Shown here piece by piece: positions 45,335 to 54,254 of a stretch of 64,000 bases of DNA (positions within the stretch are counted from its first letter, which is position 1; each line of letters begins with the position of its first letter). The stretch is from an uncultured Lentimicrobiaceae bacterium (GTDB lineage: Bacteria; Bacteroidota; Bacteroidia; Bacteroidales; WCHB1-69). The translations under genes and the position numbers were made by a program. The stretch spans positions 150,543 through 214,542 of the forward strand of contig CAZRCF010000001.1 in the NCBI GenBank assembly GCA_964598505.1, written 5' to 3'. The notes beneath the pieces are model-generated. The model was not told the DNA's origin. It did not search any database and saw nothing but the letters and a program-made list of their open reading frames with translations.

Positions 45335-45370
45335 TTATCGGCAAGATCTAGTTAAAGATCTTGCCGATAA
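45335..45370 (-). terminator. terminator; 28-bp CGGCAAGATCT palindromic element
   Basis: 15-bp stem TTATCGGCAAGATCT/AGATCTTGCCGATAA with loop AGTTAA. Confidence 0.7.
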
Positions 45371-45372
45371 AT

Positions 45373-45549
45373 TTATTTATTCTCAAGTTTAATTAATTGT
45401 AAATCATATCCAGCCTTATTGATATATTCGAGAATTTCAATACATAAACATTTATTTGTTGTTGTGCCGTTCTTTGGTTTTTCATTCCAAAATCCATCAC
45501 CAAATTTAGTAATACATTTGTATACGATTTTCATATCAGAAGCTTTCAT
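45373..45549 (-). CDS. small hypothetical protein (58 aa), paralog of the C-terminal part of 45546..45842
   Basis: ATGA overlap with the upstream stop. Shares the ..KAGY(D/N)L(Q/K)LIK.. segment with the neighbouring ORF. Confidence 0.4.
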   Translation of the reverse strand: MKASDMKIVYKCITKFGDGFWNEKPKNGTTTNKCLCIEILEYINKAGYDLQLIKLENK

Positions 45550-45842
45550 TTTATATTCTCCAATTCTTGTGAGATAACTTTTAATAAGCTTTTAATAATA
45601 TGTGGATGATTCTTTATTTTAAATTCTAAAGTAGCATCTCGAATAACTGAATTTTCCTTACCGATATCTACATTTAATACAATTTGGTTATCTATATATT
45701 TTTCTGGATTCTCTCCAATTTTAATTAATTTTAAATTATATCCAGCTTTATGTAAACAATTTACAACATCATTACTTACTTTTCCTGGCTGGTTTAAATC
45801 AACATCTATTATATTTTTAAATAGAGTTTCATCAAGATTCAT
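45546..45842 (-). CDS. hypothetical protein (98 aa)
   Basis: ORF track; overlaps the end of ligA by 4 nt. Confidence 0.5.
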   Translation of the reverse strand: MNLDETLFKNIIDVDLNQPGKVSNDVVNCLHKAGYNLKLIKIGENPEKYIDNQIVLNVDIGKENSVIRDATLEFKIKNHPHIIKSLLKVISQELENIK

Positions 45843-47740
45843 TTTTTATTTTCCTTTATCAAAGATATTAATTCTGTTTCCGTTATAACTTTAACACCTC
45901 TTTCAACTGCTTTTTTGAATTTACTTGAATCACTCGGAGTATTACAAATTAAATAATCACATGATGATATACTTGAATTTGTCCCTCCAAACTTTTCAAT
46001 TATTTGTTCATAAGCTTTTCTTGGCTTACTTAAACTTCCAGTTATACAAAAGCTTTTGCCGGTTAAAGGACCTTTTACAGATACAAAATTTATACCAGTA
46101 TCCATTAATTTCTTTAATAATTCTTTATTCTCTTTTAATCCTTTAATAACTGAAGTTACTTTTATTTCTCCAAGTCCTTTGACTTGAATTAATTTAGTAA
46201 TCATAGTTTTTAACAAATCTTGGTTATCAAGAGCATTAATAATGTCTTGCGGTGAAAAGTTTTCCAAAATTAATTTAGATGTTGTATTTCCTAAATTATC
46301 AATTCCAAAAGCGGCAAGAATCTTTTCAGGTCTTGCTTTTTTAGTTTGTTCAATTCGATTTAAAAAATCATCAGTTGATGTTTCTGCCCAACCATCTAAT
46401 TTTAAAATATCTTCTCTCTTTAAATTATAAATATCAATAACGGTTTTACAACCTAAACTTGTAATCATCTTCTCACTAAAGTTTTCAAGTCCAAGCTTCT
46501 CAAAGAAATATGCTATTCCTTTTTGAGTTTGTGCAGGACAATTTTGGTTAGTGCAATATAAATGTGTTTTGGTATCATCGGTTTCTAACGGATGATGTTT
46601 ACAAGTTGGACACGCTATTAATCCACCAACATTTTCAGATGCTTTAATTACATTTTCAATATATGGAATAACATCTCCAGATCGAACAATCTTAATGATT
46701 GCTCCTGGTCCGATGTTATTATCATAAATGAATTTTGCATGAAATCCTGTTGCTCTCTTAATTGTTACTCCACCCAAGTTAACTGGTTTAATTTTCACCA
46801 CTGGAATAATTTTTCCAGTTCGAGAAGTATTCCATTCAACTTCTTCAACTTTCGCTTCTATTGCCATTTTATTAAACTTAAATGCTATTTTCTTTTCGGG
46901 AAGTTTAATATTTTCAACTGCTGAACTATTAACTGTTACAACAATCCCATCTTTATCATATTGAGTTGTTTGTTCAAATAATTTTTTAGCAACTTCAATC
47001 ACTATTGTTTTAGTATCTGCGTGAGCAAAATTAACTACTGAATTGTTTAAAATTCCAAATGTTTCTTGCATATACTTCATGCGTCCAAGTTCATTAGTTT
47101 CAAGATCAGTTGGTATAAATTGATTTGGAACATATGTATGAAATATAACATAAAGATGTTGTAATTTACTATGATCATCTCTATTAATTATTCCCGCTGC
47201 AGCATTACGTTTAGTCTTATATGGAGTTCCATCATCTCTCTTAATCGATTCTGGTTCACAATTTAAGAGAATTTCACCTTTAAAATATTGTTTACCAAGT
47301 GGTTGAGACCGAATACAACTATGAGTAGGAGTAAATTTAAGAGCCTTAGCTGTAATATTTTCACCCACATAATGATCACCTCTTAACCAAGCTCCTGTTA
47401 AAGTACCATCCGTGTATTCACATTCAATTGCAACTCCATCAAGTTTATGAGATAGAACAAATCCACTTCCATTGTCATTTTTATCTAACCAAGCTTGAAT
47501 ATCATCTTCAAATTTATTCGTTAAGCTACCTAAAATAAATGGTAATGTTTCTTTATTCTTTTTAGGTTTATTTCCTATCTTTAATAAGAATTTACTATTT
47601 GGTCTTAATTGTTGTAAAATTCTTTTATAATGATCATATTCATTATCTGGAATTTTTATTTCTCCAATTTCATAAGCTTCTAAACAAGATTCTAATTCTT
47701 GTTCAAGTCTGTCTAAGTCTTCAGTTGTATACTCTTCCAT
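45839..47740 (-). CDS. ligA: NAD-dependent DNA ligase LigA
   Basis: Adenylation motif KLDGVA, Zn finger CPTC...C.NQNCPAQ, HhH region, C-terminal BRCT-like GKSFCITGSL. Confidence 0.9.
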   Translation of the reverse strand: MEEYTTEDLDRLEQELESCLEAYEIGEIKIPDNEYDHYKRILQQLRPNSKFLLKIGNKPKKNKETLPFILGSLTNKFEDDIQAWLDKNDNGSGFVLSHKLDGVAIECEYTDGTLTGAWLRGDHYVGENITAKALKFTPTHSCIRSQPLGKQYFKGEILLNCEPESIKRDDGTPYKTKRNAAAGIINRDDHSKLQHLYVIFHTYVPNQFIPTDLETNELGRMKYMQETFGILNNSVVNFAHADTKTIVIEVAKKLFEQTTQYDKDGIVVTVNSSAVENIKLPEKKIAFKFNKMAIEAKVEEVEWNTSRTGKIIPVVKIKPVNLGGVTIKRATGFHAKFIYDNNIGPGAIIKIVRSGDVIPYIENVIKASENVGGLIACPTCKHHPLETDDTKTHLYCTNQNCPAQTQKGIAYFFEKLGLENFSEKMITSLGCKTVIDIYNLKREDILKLDGWAETSTDDFLNRIEQTKKARPEKILAAFGIDNLGNTTSKLILENFSPQDIINALDNQDLLKTMITKLIQVKGLGEIKVTSVIKGLKENKELLKKLMDTGINFVSVKGPLTGKSFCITGSLSKPRKAYEQIIEKFGGTNSSISSCDYLICNTPSDSSKFKKAVERGVKVITETELISLIKENKK

Positions 47741-47753
47741 TTTTTATTTTCCT

Positions 47754-48662
47754 TTATTTAAATTCTAATATAAGATCTAAATAATCTTCTCTCCAGTATG
47801 GGTATATTTCTCCATTTAATGCTCTCAAAAGATTTTCTGCCGATAAACATTTTACTAATTCATTTTCACCATTTACATGCAAGTGAACATTTTGAGGATA
47901 TAGGTACGACATTCCTCCGAAATCATTAATATTACCATTTGGTTTTGGAAGATAAAATCTATCTAAAGATGGTTTATCTGTAATAATAATTCCTTTAACG
48001 TCTAGAGCTGCAGCGATATGCATTGGTCCAGAATCTATTCCTATAAAATATTCAAATGTTGCAAATCTTTTTATCATTTCTTCAGTAGGTAAACTAAAGT
48101 ACTCCACATTCTTTAAGTGTGGAGTACTTTGTTTAGCAAACGTTTCAACAAAATGAAATTTATTATTGTTATTATCTACAAATTTTTGAATAAGAGGAGT
48201 TATGATATCTGTTAGATAATGAAATGAATGCCCTTCTATATTAATAAGAATTGTATTCGGAATTTTATTACATCTGAAATTAATATATGGTTTTGGTTTA
48301 ATATCTATTTCAAAATCCATTGCTCTGCTTTGAACTTGTAACCAATGGCCATTTCCAGCATCTATATCATACAATTGACATATTGCATTATATTTTGATA
48401 GATCTAATTCATCTTCCGAAATATAATAATCATTAAAAACCATTAAAGGTTCAAAAAATGTGCTTTGACTAAATATATGAACTTCCCGATTTGCTTTAAA
48501 AGCTTTTTTTGGTATGATTGATAAAAAAGCTGTATCTCCGAAATTCCAAGAAGTATTAGTCCAATTCATAGCATAATCAATAAATTTTATTTTTCGATCT
48601 GTTGGAAATTGTTTATTAACTTTCTTGATCATTGAAAGAATATCATCTTTTGTATATATCAT
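47754..48662 (-). CDS. glycosyltransferase family 9 (heptosyltransferase-like)
   Basis: IGIDSGPMHIAAALDVKGIII matches the GT9 D(S/T)GxxHLAAA motif. Confidence 0.65.
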   Translation of the reverse strand: MIYTKDDILSMIKKVNKQFPTDRKIKFIDYAMNWTNTSWNFGDTAFLSIIPKKAFKANREVHIFSQSTFFEPLMVFNDYYISEDELDLSKYNAICQLYDIDAGNGHWLQVQSRAMDFEIDIKPKPYINFRCNKIPNTILINIEGHSFHYLTDIITPLIQKFVDNNNNKFHFVETFAKQSTPHLKNVEYFSLPTEEMIKRFATFEYFIGIDSGPMHIAAALDVKGIIITDKPSLDRFYLPKPNGNINDFGGMSYLYPQNVHLHVNGENELVKCLSAENLLRALNGEIYPYWREDYLDLILEFK

Positions 48663-49075
48663 ATTTCTTCTAAAATTTGATTAATTTGTGTATTTGTTAA
48701 TCCACAAGATGCAGATTTATTCAAAATTCTTAATACCACTTCTACGGTTTCAGGATCAGATGATGAAATCTTTTCTAAGAAAGATTTCTCTTCATCTGAT
48801 ACATCTCCAGTTTTTGAATTTAAATAATCTAACATTTCAAAAATTCCATTAACATGTTGATTCTCTGCGGCTGCAGTATCATCAAAATATACACAGTAAT
48901 TGATTTTTGTTAGTCTAAATGAATATTTTGGATCTATTATATATGTTAAAACTTTTCTCAAAGTTTGACCAAATATTGGATCTTTTAGATGTTTTCTTAA
49001 TACTTCTTCTTTATTCATTTGTGAATGATTTATATTCTCTAGTATTTCATATATAACTTTTAAGCTTATTAACAT
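48659..49075 (-). CDS. hypothetical protein (138 aa)
   Basis: ORF track. TAATG overlap with the beta N-module gene. Confidence 0.5.
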   Translation of the reverse strand: MLISLKVIYEILENINHSQMNKEEVLRKHLKDPIFGQTLRKVLTYIIDPKYSFRLTKINYCVYFDDTAAAENQHVNGIFEMLDYLNSKTGDVSDEEKSFLEKISSSDPETVEVVLRILNKSASCGLTNTQINQILEEI

Positions 49076-50241
49076 TAGTATACCTCATCAACGAATTGTC
49101 CAAACATATCTAATTTTGTTTCTGCAATTATATAAATTGTTTCTCCTGGATTTTGTGAACTAACACTTGTTGGACATATCTTTTGAAAATGTGTTGGATG
49201 TAAATTAGCTATCATACTTGGCGCTTGTTCTGCATTTGGGCTTAACATGTAAGCTTTATGTTGTAGCATTGTATCATATGCATTTACATTATCATAAATA
49301 AATTTATTGTGTAAACTTGTATAGAAATTCTTAACAATCTCCATTTGATCCATTTGAATTTCATTAATATAAAATCCTCTTGAAGCTCTTGAAGCTGTTT
49401 GGGCAATACGTTTAAATATTGGCCAAAGTAGTATTTCAAGAAATACAAGTCTTTTTTGTGTAAGATCAATAAACGAATCATCGGTCATTGTCTTATTTAA
49501 ATCAACAACAATTTTTAATAGTGTTTGAATGTTTAAATCTTTCTCATCTATATTATAACATTGTTTATATAGTAATTTTGAATAATCATCAAAAAATATG
49601 TCGTGGAAATGTTTTTGTATTGTAGCTCTGTCCGGATCACATTTGAATAGATTACTAAAATAACTTAATAAATCTTGCTCAGATATTTGAGTTGTTGTTA
49701 TTTTAAATTCCTTTATAAATTCTTGTTTTGTTGCGGCTTGATCTGGAATATTATCTGATAAGAATATATTCAAAAAGTATATTGCCGGCATATTATTACC
49801 CATAAATGTTATCAATTTATCATATATCGTAATCGAATTAAATGTGCCCGATAGTTTAACTGATTTCTTTTTAATAACAATGGGTTTATCTAATACATAC
49901 AATGTTGGTACAAAGTTATTCCCATTAAGAATAAAGAAACAATCATCAATTAATGTCGGAATAAGAAATTTCATAAATATCTTATTTGTAGCAACATTTT
50001 GATTCATAAAATTTATTTCAACAGTTACTTGTGTGAGAGAACTATTATATATCCCATTATATGTTTGTAATTCTCTAATAGTTATATTATGAACTGTTAG
50101 ATAATTTTTATTCTGTTTGGATATATATTCAACACACAAGTTCATAAAATAGTTGATAAGACTATATTGGGCAGATCTGAAGCTACCGATTGTAAAATAA
50201 TTACTTTCGGCAACTTCAGATACTTTGGTTAGAAGATTCAA
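49075..50241 (-). CDS. multisubunit RNA polymerase beta homolog, N-terminal module (split gene), TTG start
   Basis: The C-terminal end HFQKICPTSVSSQNPGETIYIIAETKLDMFGQF aligns with beta HYGRICPIETPEGPNIGLI..YA..N.YGF. AGGAGG lies 6 nt before the TTG. Confidence 0.7.
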   Translation of the reverse strand: MNLLTKVSEVAESNYFTIGSFRSAQYSLINYFMNLCVEYISKQNKNYLTVHNITIRELQTYNGIYNSSLTQVTVEINFMNQNVATNKIFMKFLIPTLIDDCFFILNGNNFVPTLYVLDKPIVIKKKSVKLSGTFNSITIYDKLITFMGNNMPAIYFLNIFLSDNIPDQAATKQEFIKEFKITTTQISEQDLLSYFSNLFKCDPDRATIQKHFHDIFFDDYSKLLYKQCYNIDEKDLNIQTLLKIVVDLNKTMTDDSFIDLTQKRLVFLEILLWPIFKRIAQTASRASRGFYINEIQMDQMEIVKNFYTSLHNKFIYDNVNAYDTMLQHKAYMLSPNAEQAPSMIANLHPTHFQKICPTSVSSQNPGETIYIIAETKLDMFGQFVDEVY

Positions 50242-50256
50242 TATCTTCCTCCTTTA

Positions 50257-50664
50257 TTAGCTTTCTGTTGTTTCTGTTACTGGTTGTTCTGTTGCTGGTT
50301 GAGGATCATTAGATGTAAGTGGTGTTCTATTTACTTTATCTAACATTCTAAGATCATATGCTATAATTTCGTATGCTTTACGTTTTGTCCCAGGATTTGC
50401 TGTATCTTCATATTCCCGAGATTGAATCTTTCCTTCCACATATACATGTGAACCTTTTTTAAGATAATTACTAGCAATTTCAGCAAGACGCCTCCAGAAA
50501 ACTACTCTGTGCCATTCTGTGCGTTTTTGTTCATTACCTTTCTGATCTTTCCAAGTTTCAGATGTTGCAATACTAAGATTACAAACAGATGTACCATCTA
50601 CAGTGTGTCTGAGTTCTGGATCTTGTCCAAGCCAACCGATTAGAATAACTTTATTAATACTCAT
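50257..50664 (-). CDS. ssb: single-stranded DNA-binding protein (OB-fold SSB), lacks acidic C-terminal tip
   Basis: MSINKVILIGWLGQDPELRHT..G..V....IA....W.D..G....RTEWHRVV.W..LAE canonical SSB signature. Ends ..TETTES. Confidence 0.88.
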   Translation of the reverse strand: MSINKVILIGWLGQDPELRHTVDGTSVCNLSIATSETWKDQKGNEQKRTEWHRVVFWRRLAEIASNYLKKGSHVYVEGKIQSREYEDTANPGTKRKAYEIIAYDLRMLDKVNRTPLTSNDPQPATEQPVTETTES

Positions 50665-50699
50665 GTTCTTTTCTCCTTAATTCGTAGTTTGTTTTTTAG

Positions 50700-52658
50700 T
50701 TAAGATTTCAAAAATTGAAGACTCACATCCACCACCTGTTTGGTTCGACTTTTAATCGGTCGATTTTCTGGAAGATCATATTTACCATCCACTACAAGTT
50801 GTCTAACTAAATCTTTCTTTCCAGCTGTCCAATCACTTTTTACAGATAAAATTTCTTTGACTGCTAGATCACACCCGTGTGCTAACATACTTTCTAACTC
50901 CATTTGACCAACTCTACTTCCACCACCTCTTGCTCTACCTTTGGTTGGTTGTTTAGTTATACTTTTGACACTACCAAAATCTCGAGCATTTATAATTTTA
51001 GAAACTAATTTTGATAATTTCTGAATATAAATCGGGGCACATAGGATATTTTTTAAATAAACATCTTCATCTGGAAATTGTGTTTCTAATTTTAATTTTT
51101 GTTTGATAAATTTAATCGTTTCTTTTTTAATTAAAACTGTCTCTTTATAATTGATTGTATTTTTTACTAATGTTTTTATGTCAACTTCTGCAAAAGAAGG
51201 AGATTCCACAAATAAATTTGATTGATTGATATTTTCAACAAATTGATTTCTAAATTCATCATTATCTAAATTATCAATAATTTCATTTTTGACTCTTAAA
51301 TAATATTTATCATCAATATGTTTTAAAACAGATTCGTTTAACCAAGTTATTATTTCTTTTGAATTTTCGGGATTTGTTCTAATATGTTCGTCACAATACA
51401 TAACTGATTTTCCAACTAATGCTTCCAATAGTTGCCCAAGATTCTGCCGACTAAATACACTAAAAGGATTATAAATTAAATCAATTTGTTTATTTGAAGT
51501 TGTTGCAATTGGTCGCAATTCATCTGGAAGAATCAAACTGACTATTCCTTTTGCAGCATATCTGTTTGCAATTTTGTCACCGATTACTGTTGGACAATCT
51601 TTTGATATTTCTAATTCAATAAGGTAACATAAATTATTAAGTCCTATTTCTCCTCTTGATCCTTTTGTTTTTTCAATATACATATAATATTTTTGAAGAA
51701 TATATCCAACATATTGTGAATTAAAACATTTTAGAAGATCACTTCTTGTTTGTACAACAAAAGTTCCATATTTTAAATATAATTGATCCATCATATTTTC
51801 TAATTTTTGATCGATCATTACTTGTGTTCCTAGTTTTTTGAATTTATGAATTTTGATACCTGAAATAGTACCATTTTCAACTTTTGTTTTAATTTTATCA
51901 ATTGCAAATTTACCATCTCCACAGAATCCCATATTCAATAAATCTGATAATGACATATTCTTCAATGACATTTGAACTTTATTTTTTAGATCTGAATAAT
52001 TTGCTGTCGAACTATCTCTTGGAGCAATCAAACAACATACTATATCATCCTTAATTTTTTGTCCAATTGCAGGAAAATATACATATGAATCTTGATAATC
52101 TTTATAAAATTCTTGCATTAATGTATATTCATATATCGGAATATACACTTTATCAACTTGTGAATATCTAGCTTTGTCCGCTAAACTTTCAGAAATCGTA
52201 ATAGCGTCCTCGTGATTGTATCCGAAAAATGGCATGTATGCTGTAAAAACATTATATCCATAGCTCGGAACATGACCTATGAAACAATCATAATTTGCTA
52301 AAATATCCCCTCTTTTAAATTTAGATTTATTTGGAATCACATATCTCAGTTTTGTTCCAAAAGAACCTGTTGTCTTTTTTATCGGCGGAAGACTTATATC
52401 GACAACTTTATTAAGATTTGAATATTGAACAATTAATAAATCTTGATTTTTATATAATACCTCTCCATCATCCTTAGCTAATACCACTCCCATCTTAGAG
52501 GAATTTGTTACAGTATAATAATCAGATCCAATAACATATGGAATTTCAGTATTCAAGCTTGTTAATGCTTGTTGAATTTGTTTCGCACTCATCGAAGCTC
52601 TTGTACTGTCAGTTGAGCTAAGAAATGGAATAGTATTTAAATTTACACTTACAATCAT
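50700..52658 (-). CDS. multisubunit RNA polymerase beta homolog, C-terminal module (split gene)
   Basis: Begins IVSVNLNTIPFLSSTDSTRASMSAKQIQQA ([30 protein letters not shown]). Also NRYAAKGIVS and GGGSRVGQMELESMLAHGC. Confidence 0.85.
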   Translation of the reverse strand: MIVSVNLNTIPFLSSTDSTRASMSAKQIQQALTSLNTEIPYVIGSDYYTVTNSSKMGVVLAKDDGEVLYKNQDLLIVQYSNLNKVVDISLPPIKKTTGSFGTKLRYVIPNKSKFKRGDILANYDCFIGHVPSYGYNVFTAYMPFFGYNHEDAITISESLADKARYSQVDKVYIPIYEYTLMQEFYKDYQDSYVYFPAIGQKIKDDIVCCLIAPRDSSTANYSDLKNKVQMSLKNMSLSDLLNMGFCGDGKFAIDKIKTKVENGTISGIKIHKFKKLGTQVMIDQKLENMMDQLYLKYGTFVVQTRSDLLKCFNSQYVGYILQKYYMYIEKTKGSRGEIGLNNLCYLIELEISKDCPTVIGDKIANRYAAKGIVSLILPDELRPIATTSNKQIDLIYNPFSVFSRQNLGQLLEALVGKSVMYCDEHIRTNPENSKEIITWLNESVLKHIDDKYYLRVKNEIIDNLDNDEFRNQFVENINQSNLFVESPSFAEVDIKTLVKNTINYKETVLIKKETIKFIKQKLKLETQFPDEDVYLKNILCAPIYIQKLSKLVSKIINARDFGSVKSITKQPTKGRARGGGSRVGQMELESMLAHGCDLAVKEILSVKSDWTAGKKDLVRQLVVDGKYDLPENRPIKSRTKQVVDVSLQFLKS

Positions 52659-52894
52659 TCTTCCTCCTTATAAAACACTTCAAGTATTGGAAGTGACAAA
52701 TTAATAGAAATAATTTGAGGAGTTTTTTCTTTTGCCCAGTCATTTAATTTATCTATTAATAATTGTTCCGCAACAGTTACAAGTGGCATATCATAGGAAG
52801 ATATATGATTACCATCACTATCATATGCTCTACTATAACATTTTTCTTGTTGTTCTTCATAAGATAATTGAAAAACAAGTCTTCCGATTTTCAT
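52655..52894 (-). CDS. hypothetical protein (79 aa)
   Basis: ORF track. 4-nt overlap with the beta C-module gene. Confidence 0.5.
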   Translation of the reverse strand: MKIGRLVFQLSYEEQQEKCYSRAYDSDGNHISSYDMPLVTVAEQLLIDKLNDWAKEKTPQIISINLSLPILEVFYKEEE

Positions 52895-52910
52895 TCTTGC
52901 CTCCAGTTAG

Positions 52911-53315
52911 TTATACATTTCTATTAGGTATTTCGTCAGCTTTTTCATATGGAAATACTATCCAGTCATTTGTTTCTTCAGCATAATATGTTGGTTTTAT
53001 AATTGATCTTGGTTTATAATATACTGTTGCCATATCACTATTAAGATGTTTATAATTTTCTAATGTAAGTCCAGTATCTGCAATATCATCTGCTAATAGA
53101 ATGTTCTTATTTGTTCCAAATAGTTCTAAATCAATATCAGTTATGAGAGGAATTTCTAATTTATGACTTATCCAAACAGATACAATTAACCCACCTCTTG
53201 GAACTCCATAAACATATTTATATTTATCTTTATGGGGTCTAATTAATTCAATTAATTTTTCAATAGATTTAGCAAATTGATCATTCGATATAAGTATTTT
53301 ATTCCATTCTTCCAT
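52911..53315 (-). CDS. type I phosphoribosyltransferase, xanthine-guanine PRT (Gpt)-like
   Basis: VYGVPRGGL, PRPP loop ILLADDIADTGLTL, and C-terminal ..DWIVFPYE like Gpt ..TWIEQPWD. 134 aa. Confidence 0.7.
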   Translation of the reverse strand: MEEWNKILISNDQFAKSIEKLIELIRPHKDKYKYVYGVPRGGLIVSVWISHKLEIPLITDIDLELFGTNKNILLADDIADTGLTLENYKHLNSDMATVYYKPRSIIKPTYYAEETNDWIVFPYEKADEIPNRNV

Positions 53316-53362
53316 TTTTCGTTCTCCTTTTTATTTATGAGCTTAATAAAAAATAATTAGTA

Positions 53363-53391
53363 ATTATACTATTTCTATATATAAATTGTAA
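53363..53391 (-). promoter_or_regulatory. promoter-like element with ATATAGAAAT block (copy 7), best sigma-70-like fit
   Basis: Minus strand reads TTACAA-(17 nt including ATATAGAAAT)-TATAAT. The core is at 53371-53380. Confidence 0.6.
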
Positions 53392-53417
53392 TTATTAGAA
53401 ATTACTTTATTGAAATT

Positions 53418-53633
53418 TTACCAATTATCCGTATCTGTTATATCAATTTGTTTTCCACAAGCGCATTCAACGACTATAATTACTCCTAATCCAGTTGGTG
53501 TAAATCTATATGATATTCTACCACCAATAGCACCGGGTGTATTAATATTGGCTTTTTTATATTTACATGTTTTATCATGTTTCATTAACCATTTTTTTGC
53601 CTCTAATTTTTCTTTTTCATTTAGAGTAAACAT
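53418..53633 (-). CDS. small hypothetical protein (71 aa)
   Basis: Start moved to MFTLNEKEK (AAGGGAGAA upstream), downstream of the palindromic hairpin. Confidence 0.5.
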   Translation of the reverse strand: MFTLNEKEKLEAKKWLMKHDKTCKYKKANINTPGAIGGRISYRFTPTGLGVIIVVECACGKQIDITDTDNW

Positions 53634-53647
53634 TAGTTCTCCCTTAA

Positions 53648-53683
53648 AATCCGGCAAGATCTAGTTAAAGATCTTGCCGGATT
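53648..53683 (-). terminator. terminator; 28-bp CGGCAAGATCT palindromic element
   Basis: 15-bp stem AATCCGGCAAGATCT/AGATCTTGCCGGATT with loop AGTTAA. The core is identical to the one at 45338. Confidence 0.7.
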
Positions 53684-53687
53684 ACAT

Positions 53688-54002
53688 TTAAATTAATCCT
53701 TGTTTATGTAATTCACAACCATCAAGTAACGGAGCGCCTTTTTCTGGATAACCTTTACAAACTTCAGGTCTATAGTCATAAATTAGACATCCTTCTACAG
53801 AGTCTAAATTTGGACAAGGAAGATTAAATTCAATAAAGGTTAATGTTTCCCCATGTAGTGTTCTTTCACTTACTTTCGCTCCACGAGCCTCATAAAATTC
53901 TTTTATATCTGGTGTATATGGATAAGCTGAATATACTCCAACAGTTTTGCAACAAATTTGACAGTTAATACAAATCTTAGATAGTTCTTTATTATTTTCC
54001 AT
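53688..54002 (-). CDS. YkgJ/UPF0153-family CxxCxxCC zinc/iron-binding protein
   Basis: CINCQICCK ... C.IYDYRPEVCKGYP matches the family signature. Confidence 0.6.
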   Translation of the reverse strand: MENNKELSKICINCQICCKTVGVYSAYPYTPDIKEFYEARGAKVSERTLHGETLTFIEFNLPCPNLDSVEGCLIYDYRPEVCKGYPEKGAPLLDGCELHKQGLI

Positions 54003-54011
54003 TTATTTCTC

Positions 54012-54254
54012 CTAGTACAAATCTTCACTATATAATTTATTTTTTAATTTTCCAGATACACTTACTTGACCACTATCAATGAAATGCTTTAAAGCGTCTA
54101 TTCTATTGAGAAATTCACCAGTGTCTGTTACAAATCCTTGAATCTCAGTTTCATTCCAGATAAATCCTTTAAGTCTCATATCCGATATAATATTATGGTG
54201 TCTACGACCGGTATGAACTATTCCATCTTGTTTAATCGCCGCTGAAACTATCAT
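54012..54254 (-). CDS. hypothetical protein (80 aa)
   Basis: ORF track. Confidence 0.5.
   Translation of the reverse strand: MIVSAAIKQDGIVHTGRRHHNIISDMRLKGFIWNETEIQGFVTDTGEFLNRIDALKHFIDSGQVSVSGKLKNKLYSEDLY

Noticed and set aside
46311-46346. Plus-strand terminator-like hairpin GCAAGA-N11-TCTTGC followed by TTTTTT, inside ligA.
   Set aside because: - No plus-strand genes exist to terminate.
- It is most simply a chance or half-site-related occurrence of the GGCAAGA motif, and is counted under the palindromic-element finding instead.
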